Assembly (NCBI RefSeq): GCF_018977255.1
Contig: NW_024704742.1
Span: 84,880,001 to 84,944,000, forward strand
DNA length: 64,000 bases
Origin: Callorhinchus milii
Lineage: Eukaryota
Reading direction: 5' to 3'
Notes under the pieces: model-generated
The model's input: only the letters and a program-made list of their open reading frames with translations
Databases searched by the model: none
Told to the model about the DNA's origin: nothing
Program-made: the position numbers and the translations under genes
Part shown: in pieces, positions 48,517-60,500 of the stretch
Position numbering within the stretch: the first letter of the stretch is position 1
How the letters are laid out: every line of letters starts with the position of its first letter

Positions 48517-51500
48517 CTGCAATGGAGAGAACAAACATTAGTTTTATAAGTTACTAATGTCAGCAGCATCTTTGCACCTTGTATAATCTTTAAAGTAACT
48601 AGTGCTCCAAATACTATTTGTTGATTTAAATAATAAGAGTAATCCTTGTATTACTATTATTTAACTCAACAAATAGTATTTGAGCATTTGAGAAAAGGGC
48701 TGGCTCTCCATTAGTTACATTGATGCTAAGATAATAATCCTTGCATTTGATATAGTGCCTTATCGTGCTGTCGAGGTGTCTCAAAGCCCTTGTTATGATT
48801 TTACTGTATTAGAAATTGTAATGACAGCCAATGTACACCCTGCAATGTCCCACAAACAGCCATGAAGTGAGTGACTAATTTTATTTGGGGATTGTTGGTC
48901 AGGACACTGGGAGAAATTCCTTTTTCGAATAGTACCATGGGATCTTTAATGTCCATCTGAATAGGTAAACGTGACCTCAGTTTTATGCCTCAAAGAACAG
49001 CATTTCCAACAATGCAGCGCACCCACCCACTGGAGTGTCTGAAGTCTAGTTAGAGTTCAAAGTCCCCACTGTTGGGAAAACAATAGGATGTGTATTCTGG
49101 ACAGATAAGATCAAAAGGATAGGCTAAAGCTCAGCCTAGAGGCTGAGAGGTTGGGTTTCTCCAGGCTTCTATCAAAGGTACTTTTCTGCTAGTAACTAGC
49201 TCAAGGTGGCCTGCCTTTCCGCATGTTTATTTTGTCCATTTAACTTCTTTACTTAAAGCTACATAATGTTCCCAAGTTATATACTGACCATGAGAAAAGG
49301 AAACGGCAAGACTGCAAATTTATCTACTCTATAATCCAATGCATTTCTGTAATTCTATATTGCAATATTACATAGTTTATTTTGAAGAGAAACAATGAAA
49401 ATGATGCGAGTATTTTTAAAAACAAATTGTGCCATCATGCAACTCTTTCTTTTACAACTTCACACATGCAAGGTTTTTCTTCAGTAACAGAGGATTCAAG
49501 TAGAATTACAGGAATGTATTATATTGTAGAATAAATCTTGGACCAGTAGACTACTCTTGAATTACACTGAAGGTAAACTGATGACACTATTCAATGGAAA
49601 GCAACACAACAAAGCTATCTTACAGGAAAAATTTGAAGGCCTTCACTGTAGCTCCAATGCTTCCAAACAGATTCTTCAGATCATCATCTGTTATTGAAGG
49701 TCTGTAAACAGATAAACAGCTCATTAAAACAGACATAACCATTCCAGAGAGAAAACAGATAAATCATGAAATCAAATGTATGATGGAACAGATCTCACGT
49801 ATAATAGTTTTGGGAAACACAAAAAAAGGCACAGAGTAGCAAGTGGAATATGGTCTTTCCATTGAGCTAGCCAGAGTGCTGCATGGCCACATCAGACCTA
49901 ATGTCTCGAGTACACCAATATTAATAGCCCTTGGGTGAGGGACCAAAAGCAAACCACACATACATCTCCTGTACCAGTAGAAGTAAAATGAAGGAATGAA
50001 TTTGCTTTTTTTTTTAGCGGGGGGGGGGGGGGGGGGGGGGGGGGAGATACTTCATTTGTTCGATCTAATTTTTCCCCAAAAATTACTCACATGAGTTCCA
50101 AGTCAGAGTTTGAGGATACTCACGGAATATTGGAGAGGTGGAGAGTAGATGATGGAGGAAAAATGTTTTGGAAGTTCTTGGAGCCTGGTTTCTTGAAACG
50201 ATGAAGTGGGGAGGTGCTGTAATCCTTAGTTAGACCCTGGTCCTCGTGTCCCTCCCGAGGAAGCTGAACAATCTGATGCTTCGATAAAGTCACTCGAATC
50301 ACCCTGCCATATGCCTTCTGTCCATTCAGATGACTCATGGCTAAAGAGAAAACAAGCAACTCAATTTGTATAACTAAGCTAATATCCAGAAAGTTCAGTT
50401 GAACCTGAAAGAAGCTATATAGTTGCACCAATACCTAAGCCAAGAGAGCACAGGCAATAACCTTGGTCCCCAGCCACAAATGCTTAAATTCCATTGCTGT
50501 GTTAGATCTAAATTGTATATAGGGATTGCATTTCCAATTTAAGCATTGTAAAAAAACAGAGCTAGGATGAACCGTACTGACAACCATGTTTGTGCATCAC
50601 ATGCCAGTGTTAATTATCATCAATAAATTACTGTGGTAGGTTATACTCGTATTGTGTTTCATCAGCCTTTGGCTGCAGTCATTCTCTCTTTTTCCTACTC
50701 AACTGAAGATGTCAATTCATTCTGGATTACAGTACCACATTATTCATGTGAGAGTTTGTAGTGTGAACGTAAAGAGGCCTTCAACCGTGCAGTAGTGTAC
50801 GACAGCCAAGCCCAATGATATGTGACCCAACATATTCAGGATTTAGGAAGCAGACTTTAACAGCTGTCGTAATTATTAGCTACTTAGCATATACTATGCC
50901 TGGGTGGTGTGGCGGGGCGGAGTAGAAAAGGAAAGAAAAGGGCAATGTCTCAAGATAAAATCTTTGGTTTGTAAATAATTTACTAGAATTTACCTTTGGT
51001 CAAGGGTTATAATTGCAATCGATGACTTGCATGATAGCCACTCACAATATAAGAGTGGCCATCACTTTCACAAAGTGCTTGGAACAACAATTACACAAAG
51101 AGCCAAAACAAGCATTTATATTGAGCCCTTCATGCAGGCAGCATCTCAGAGTCCTTAACAGTAGGGTAGTTTGATGCTGAATCAGGGAGAGAGGGGAAGT
51201 GACCATAGGCACGGTCAAAGAAGGAGGTCTTCAGGTGTGGTCTGAAGACTGACAAGGAAGGAGGCAATATGGAGGGACTAAGGCAGTGAGTTACACAGTT
51301 TTTGGACCTAGTGGCTAAAAATACAGCCACTGGTGGACAAGTGACTTGCAGGAGGGGCTGAAGCCCACTGAGCAAAAGGGGAGGGGGCTAGATAGAGGAG
51401 TGGGAGCAAGCAGGTCAGAAAGGTAGGGAGGTGTCAGGGTATGATGTGATTTGTACGTTAGTGAGGATCCTGGGGAAAAAAAAACTAAATCAATCAGTTC

Positions 51501-54500
51501 TGTATTAGGGAGACAGTAAAGGTTGGTAAAGGCTGGGGAGTTTACAAAAACAGGCAAATCTGCCCAACTAGTATATGCCAGGGTTTATTCCCACTCCTCC
51601 TATTCCCCTCTTAAATACATTGATGCTACTTGCTTCAACCATAGCTTCTGGCAATGAATTGCATATTCTCACCCTCTGGGTGAAGACGTTCCTCATGAAT
51701 CCCCTGTTACATCTTCCCAGAATTATATTATATTTACATCTCCAGTTGTAGACTCGCCAAGTGGAAACAGCTCAAATTAGGTTTGGGCTCTCTGGAGCAA
51801 GCTTCTCCCAACATCTCCATTCCATTTAGAACCCTTTCCTGCCCTTGATCGTAATCAGGGCAAGAGACTAGAAAATCCAATAGCTAACAGCTTCTGAAAT
51901 CTCCTGTCTTGGCTGCCTCCAATGATGAGGTTTGAAAAAGGTCCTCTTGGGGAAACTGCACAGCCAATTTCCTGTCCCGCCCTGCAGCTGAGGTAGACTT
52001 GGGAGGCAGCTGTCCAGCCCATCCTCATGGGTGGAAAACGTACAAGGTAGAGAAACTATAGAAGTGAATATGTATATTTCCCCAATCTCACAAACTGAAA
52101 ATTGATTACTTTCCCTCTCGTTATGGCTTGCATTTTTGCCAAATCTACATCATCCAATGCTGAGTGCCTCAGGCTGTACAGTCCTCTGCCTCTCCCTATT
52201 GTGCATAAGGCATGCTCCATTTAAAATGGAGCTCCATTTAAAATTTGCTAAAAATGTCAGACCATTCAATTGTCTATCTATTTTGCCATGAGATAATTCC
52301 CCAATGCATTTTACATTTGGAGCAAGTCTGGATTTTGAATCAAAGATTTCCCATTTTGCTTCAATCTGGAGGGAGCAGAACCAGTTTTCACTTAGGCCCT
52401 GGAGTGGATTAGGTAGCAGCACAAGGAAATGAAGTGGGGAGATCAATGGAGAAAAGCAGCAGTACAGCCTAATGGTCACATATAAAATGCAAGTGACTGT
52501 AGTTGGCCCCGTGGGATTATGTTAAGGTAATCAGTGTTCTCCACAGGAGATTACAATCACTACACACTGCAAAGCATTCCAATTAAACATCTTTGCAAAT
52601 TTTTACAAACAAGTCTCAGGTGGACAATCTACCTCAGGAAAGCAGAGAACTGTCAGCGATCATGTAAAAACTCCAAATGCATTGACATTGGAGACTTTCT
52701 ACAGCAATTTGAAAGAATCTCTTTTATATATCCTTCCTAATTAAAGATAATTTGTTTCAGTCAGGTGAATATGAAAATAACCGGTTTGCTCATTAATGAA
52801 TTATCCTGGGTGTTTCACCCACAAAACACAGTCACTACACTTTAGAGTATATTCTGTAAAGCGCTTTGAGAAGTCTCAAAGATGCGATAAGGTGCTATAT
52901 CAAATTTAAGGATTATTATTGTCCTGGTTATGATTTCATTACCAAAATATCTAGATGAGTAGATTCAAAAAGGTTACATTTCCCAATAAACTGAAAATTG
53001 GGACAAACGTCTAATGAGCGTTGATTAAAGCAGAGGAATTTGAATACTGAAACAAATTAAATACAGCAACACCGAATATCTGCATAGCAATTATTGTTGT
53101 GTCTACTTATCTTCATTAGGCTATGATGTGGAAGTGATCACAATGCTGGGACATTGGCAAATAAAAATAATCCAGTTGTGCACGTGTGCAAGATTGCTGA
53201 GATGCTATTTAATGGTGCCATGTGAGTGACTCAATTGCCAAGTAATCTTCAGCACATGCATGCAATTTCACATAGATGCACCACTAATTTTTTTTTGGCT
53301 GACAGTAGAAAAGTGTTTATTTAGCATTATACACAGTAGGATTAGAGTCAGGGAAAAAGTCAAGAGAAAGAGATGGAAACAGTTAGAGTAAATCAGAAAG
53401 AGAATGGCAGAGAGAAAGGCTGGCAGACTGGTCCTGCAGAAATTTACAATTTCCCGATGAACAATTTTTTTTGTTAGTTCGTACTGTAACCAATTTATGG
53501 CTTGCATGACTATCTGCATGGTTTGATATTGACAATGAGCCCAGCCTCATGTATTACCCAAAATTAGCTCTTATTATTAAGCATTGGAATTCCTGATCAT
53601 AATTTTCAATCACTGGTCGAGAGGATATCTTCATGTGAAAGGCTAGCAAGCCTAATTAGAAAACAGGACAACAAAGGTGAAACTGGTGAAATATCGCCTA
53701 CTAAAACCTAGTTTGTTTGTACTTTAGCTATTTAAGTCTGCATGCAAAATGGAACAGCAAATTAATAAAAGCAAACTCTTAAAACACAATTTACCATTTA
53801 ACGTTGTCAAATTGCTGAATGAACCTACCCAGCTGAGCTTGATTTGAATCTGCCATCTGCACTAAAGCATTTTCCTTTTTATTGAACAAGATCTTCACAC
53901 GATGTACATCACCATACACCCCTTCAGAACAACCAAACGGACAAAACACACAAGTTAAAATTCAGCACAAGTGCAAGAAACGGACGTAGCCTCAGTTTAA
54001 AGCAAAGCAAAGATGGTATACAAATCACAGCAGAAACAAATGAAGATCAACTTAATCATTTACTTGAGCACTTCAAACAAAAGTGTACAGATTAAAAAAT
54101 GCTGGACCATAAAAAAAGGACATTTAGACATGCATTTTAACAGTTCTGAATATAATACTCATCAATAGCATAGATGTAATATGTAATACAGAAGCAGGTT
54201 GGAATGATGCACAGAACTGACTAAAAGAAAGAAAATCAAATTTATAGTAAAATAGCAGTGCAAATGACAACATACCAAAGAGGATGAACAGCCAGTGAGG
54301 TGAAACCTTCTGTAGTAGGGGGAACAAAACAAGTCAGCACAAGATGGACCGGAGACAAACATCATCAAATTGCCCATAATCAAAGAGTAACTCAGCTTTA
54401 CAGTTGAAGGCCAGTTTAATCCATATAGCATTCGATTTGACCACAAAAAAGTACAGAAGGTTCAAATGCTGTTGGATAGTCATTTGTGGGGGAGGTTTAT

Positions 54501-57500
54501 TAATGGAGTACACATTAAGAAATAGGAGTAAATGACAAAGCAAGGCAATAAAGAATAAAATATTAAGTCAGTAAAAAAAACATTATTCAATACTTGTGTT
54601 TTCTAAATAAGTATTTATCCTATATTCACTCCCCTCTGTACACTCATAATAATCGTCACATTTGGTTTAGCCCCTTATCACAAGACATCTCAAAGTGCTT
54701 CACAAGATTTTACTGTGAAGTGCAATGACTATGTATTTATGGGCGAGTGAAGTGGCCAATTTACGCACAGCATTGTCCCACACAGCCATGAAGTGAATGA
54801 CTTTTTGGGGGTAGATTGGGTCCTGGGAGAAACTCCCTTCTCTCATCAAATATGATCCATGAGAGTGAGAAGTAAAATGATAAGACATTTTCATGGATCA
54901 CATTAATTAACTTTCTTAGTCAGCAAATCAGGAACCATACTTAAGTGGTGCAGAAAGGGCTCGGTCCTTTAGACCGGATTAGTTCAGGTTCCCTCTCCTT
55001 AAGACCCAGCCAATACAGAGACTAAAATCTCAGATGAAAATAAGTGTTCTGGGGTACTGCAGCTAATGTTTGAAAATAACTTATTGTGCCACAAAGGTTT
55101 TATTTCATTTGGGTACGGGTATAAGAGAACATTTCGGAACAATTGTTATACCTCTGGTCATCTACTTAACCAATTGATGCAACAGGCATCATGGTAGAAA
55201 TGCCTCTGTCACACCTAAAAGGTAACTATGTTAAATTTATAATAATAATACTTGCAGTTGATATAGTGCCTCAGCACTTTGTTTAGACGTCTCAGAGCTG
55301 TCACAGAATATACTGAAAAGTGAATTGACTGAAAATTTTGTGGGAGAATTTAGCCTTAAAAGAAAGTGGATACCAACTAATTTACTCACACAAATATAAA
55401 AACTGGATTTTTACAAAATTTAATCAAGCAGTGTATAAGTGATGGCTCACGTGGTGCAATTGGCTATTCTTGTGCAAATCAAAACAGTGAGTGTTGGCAA
55501 GCCATTTGGCAAGCCATTTGGCCGTAAATGCACTGAGTCCAGTTCAGTCCTCACGATGGCCACACATGCACATCTCCAGTAGGTGTCACTGGATAACGAG
55601 CAAGAAAGTTTGATTTTTCCTCCCTATCTTAAGATTGAGGTCAACCTCAGTGACCCGAATGCTTTGGCCAAGATCCATGCTAGAATCAGAAAGACCTTGC
55701 AGGTCTGTATGGCTTTGTCAACTAGCCACTGGGAAATTCCAACATGCAAGTTGTAACAAATAATCCCCATTCTGTAAACCAGTAATGGTTTTGCTATTAT
55801 TGCTTGTTTCCAAACAGTAATAAATAAAAGAAAAACAATAAAGAAAAATGTACAGCCAAAGCCTTGTTATTACAAACTAAATGTCCCTGCCAGATAGTGT
55901 TTTGTTTAAAAAAAATCAGATGGCTTATTGAATTCTGAGCACTTTTACTAAAAACTAAATAGAGGTTCTGTGAAGACTAGTGAAAACAATTACAATGTGG
56001 TTCATAATAACAAGGGTTGGCTAGAACTGGTTTGACAGATTCATGGGAAGCTGCCTCACTACAGAACAAAAATAATTAGTTAAATGGGCATTACATTGGA
56101 TAAAAATGGAACCATAAAAACAAACATTTACATATACAAGCATTGACCATTTATAGCAGAGCAGGATGGGGGATAACGATAGGCAATATTTACCTATCTA
56201 AATTGTAGAAGTTGGGTGTAAATTTATTATACTTCTGAAAAAACAACGTCCAGAGCAGGGAAGATGGACAACAGGAATTGGAGTTGCTCCAGCAGGACTT
56301 TGCAATGTGCGGACTTGTGCACATGGCAATCGGTCAAAATGACCCAAAATCCACACACTTCACAAAAGACATCAATGCTGCTTCTATATTATCATGGGTA
56401 AGTCCCAGTCCAAGTTCTAAGGTTGAATGATAAGGCACCAGTAATTTTGCAAGATAAGATACTATAACCACAACCTCAGTTCTTCTATCAATTCTTAACC
56501 CTACATGATTATAGAGCAGTGGTGGCCAACCCATGGCCCACTTCCGGCCTGTGGGGCGTCAAGAACATTCGCACAAGTCAAGTTAAATCAGTGTTCAATC
56601 GTTGGTATTTTCAGCTTTTTTCTTGATTGAATATTTCTTGATTTATGGCATAAATCAATAAATATTCAATCAAGAAAATTTAAAGGTGGGACACTGTTAT
56701 CAAGTATGGAAACAATATAGTTTCCTACAGAATTTTATTCTAAATTGTAAGAGTAGCCTACTGATTGATCTGCTCCACAAACCTTCATCCAAGTAATCCC
56801 ATTAATGTAAGTTTTAAATCTGACAGATGAATTATATGAATTTAGTGGAAGCGATGAGGCTCAAAGGGCCTCATCCTCTTTTTCATATGAATTTCCCAAG
56901 CCGAAGACTTAACATTTGGTCAAATTCTGAAAGCTGGAAGGGTTGGTAAGGATTCTGAGACATATGGGGTGATACTTAATATCTATGCATGTGGAAGACT
57001 AAATTACCTTCCCAGACAATATTAATTTTCTTAGAAGCTCTGTCAAACAATACTTATAAATACTGGAAGAGTCAGTCATATTGTACTGTGAGAATAAAGT
57101 CAAGGAATAATGCTCACTCCACCCCCCAAATTAAAATACTTGGAAGACATTTTTCTTAAGCAATGAGAAATTTAACCAGGAAGAATTTTGCAGATTCACG
57201 CTCTTTAATATCACTAACCTCTGGATTCAGGTTGCTAACCAACAGGACTGTGTTTGCTGTGCATGGTCCCATACCAGCCATTGCTAGGCGACCAGCAACT
57301 GCACCATGTGGAATCCCTAGATGTCCAAGGCCTCCTGGGACTGCCTGAACTGAGAGACCTGAAAGCAGGTGAAGATGTCTGGGTTAAGTACAACAGCTAT
57401 ACAAGGATTTTTTTCCTTTAAAAATGACTAATGCACAGAAATGTATATGAACCGTAGAATTTGATTCTCTTATCAGTAAAATGCATTTTTGTCTTATGCT

Positions 57501-60500
57501 ACAGCATGATGAATGGATATTATTCAATTTCTTTTTTAAATAACTTCATTAAACCAGGGACAAATGTTAGGAGTGACAATCTCACACACACTAACCTGCC
57601 TGTGGAAAGCCAAGAGCTGGGCCAAATCCAGCCGCCCCACTATAGGGATTGGAGATGATACCTGGTGCACCTACCATGAGAAAACAGATGTATGTAACCA
57701 ATAAAGTCAAGGAACAATGCTCACTCCGCCCAAAATTAAAATACTTGGATGACATTTTCTTTAAAAGGGAAGGCAATCCCTGGAGGATAGGGGAAAGAGA
57801 AAGAAGAAAAGCATTCAAGTTAATCAGCACAGAATAGAGTGAATCTCATGTGCAGTGATATCAGCAGTAACTGATGACCCAGAAATCAGATATGTTTTAG
57901 CAGTAACACATAGCTGTGGATCACATTCTGAAACAGCAGTCAGACTCAGTGAAATGTCATCAAACCAGCATAACCCGACTCATTCCGAAAGTCAAAATTC
58001 TAAAAAAAGAGGGAATTTGTGCAGAATTATTTTCTCCTTCAAGGGACTTTACAAGCTGCAAATCATGAATAAGGCGTTTCTGGATGGGTATTGGCAATTT
58101 GTGATAAAGGTTCTCCTAACGTAAAAATCATTGGTATTTTTGGATATCAACACAAGTTAACTCCCAACTTTTCATTGTATCTTTATAAAGACTAAATCAT
58201 TTTTTAGTGAGCATTGTAAAATAGATTCCCCCATCTATTGTGTTTCTTTCCTCCACTTGTGTTTCTTTCTCCATGAAAGGAAGTATGTTACAGTTCCTCA
58301 AGTTATTGAAAAGGTCAACTGCAGAAACTAGCAGTTTTAAATAACTTCTGGAAGCCACATGCTCTTTTTCCATCTCCTAAATGCTGCATCTTTGAGAGGA
58401 GACTGTTTGACATCACCTTGTAATGGTGCCTTCTTTTAGACAATCTTTTGGAGTGAAGGTATTCATAAATGGTTCAAAGAAACCTTTGTTTGTATTCAAC
58501 AATGTGTTGAAGTTCCAATAATAAAAAACTCTACTCTGACTATCTCACTTGATCTATTAAATAAATCCAATAAATCCAATTAAAATTGCATTGGAATACC
58601 ACATGATGAACAATAGATCATTAGTAGTCTAATCTCCTTCCATTGGTGGCATAAGAGAAGAAAAATGTAGTCTGGGTTTTTTTGTATCATTATAGTACTA
58701 CACACCATTGCCATACAAATTTGTGTGACACCAAAGTCATCTTTTGATGTAGCGATCCGTCACTAATTAACAGCAAAACAAGGTTGCTACAATGCAGTCT
58801 CAGCTAGAAATAAAAATACCCCTCCCCTGTAGCACCATAAACCGTGTAAATATTTGATAAAAACTAGAATGTAGCTGTCTGAACCACTCTGGGAAGAAGC
58901 GTCAATGTGGTCTTGTACTACCATTTACTGTATTCTAGCTAAACAAACTCATTAATATGCAATTATGTTCTGAAATGTTACCTATTCTAATGGTAAATAT
59001 GTTAGCTGATCTGAATCTAAGTGATAGTAAGCAAGTTTTTTTTATTACTTTCCCTGCCATTTTTCTCAGACAATTACTGGTTTGAAATGAGTCTGTGCCA
59101 AAAGTTTTCTGATTAATGGCTGTTTGAGTGCCACAACAGGCTAGGAAGGAGAAAATCTGCCCAGATAATGCACTCCTAGAAACCTGTGCTGGAAAGTGTA
59201 TGTATTTTTCATTCCTAATGAAATGGCTACTGATGAATGCATCTAAACAAGAGGCAAAACTCATAAGCTGATTAGGGTATACTATTTCTCTGTGTTAAAA
59301 GGGAAAAACTTTCAACCAAGAAAGCCATGCAACACTGAAAAGCTTTTTTTAAAAAAAAACAGCAAACTTCAGAGTAGAATGTTGAAATAGAGACATCAGT
59401 CACTACTTAATAACGGATTTAATAATAAACATGTAGACTTACAAGTCAATTGAACAGAAATTGTAAATAGTCCAACATAGCGAGAAAGCAGGGGACACTG
59501 GCCAGGTTAGATTCATTAGTGAAACACACAAGAAAAACAATCTCAGCCCTCACAGACACACTAGAGACAAGTTGAGGAACCAAACAACAGACAAATGTGG
59601 ATTTACTTGACATGATTTATTTACCTAGAAGTGAGGATTCCTTACCGAAAGCGGCAGCCATTGAAGTGTCCATGGGGGGCTGGCCATCGCCGGAAGGAAG
59701 ATCAAGGCGTGTGAAGTCTCGGCTTTTATCATTGTTGTATTTCACATTCAGGGCTGTCAGTTTGGAAAACTCTATACGCAAAGTACAGCAGGCATTGTAG
59801 ATATTCTGGCCATCCAGAGCCTGCAGAAAAGGTTTTTTTGGGGTGGGGACGCAAATGTGTTAACTATCTCTGCACAATCCAATCTTATATAAAATAAAAT
59901 CACTCACATTTGTTCAGTAAAATATTAATTCAATTCCAGTAGTCACCTCAAATTCAGTGAAAAGCACTGCAACAGACTGATGGCTGTCGGTCCCACTTCA
60001 GGGTTGTTAGATCAATGTTATCACTTCTGGCTTATTTTTTGGTCAGCTGGGTGTCTGACACATGCAGAAACCCATCATCATGCTCAAGAGTATCCAGAAC
60101 AAGCTGAGAATTCCATACACCCCACCTAAATATGGAATGACTGTGTCTGGAACAGAATACCCACCCTCTCCACAGAGGGATACATCCTGTTCATCTAAAC
60201 CCACGGAGTATTAGGTGCAAGCTGCTAAAAGCCAAGGATTGGGGATCCCAAGTACTGCTGGAACATAACCAATATAACCAGCATAAATGAGTATACCAGT
60301 ATAAAACAACCAGCTTGCCATTGAGATCTCTGTCTGGCAAGCATCCCCTGCTTGTCCAGCTAGGACCGCTCTATCCGGGAGGACTTTAGCCTGTAGGATT
60401 AACGGGAGCTGAGTGGGAAGAATCCCTGCCCCTCCAAGTCCTAGAGATGAGCCAGGTTGGCTGGTTCATCAACAGCAGTGGCCTGGTGCACTGCGGACCC

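Noticed and set aside
50019..50044. G26 run as a functional element
   Set aside because: Homopolymer length is unreliable in assemblies and there is no independent evidence of function.
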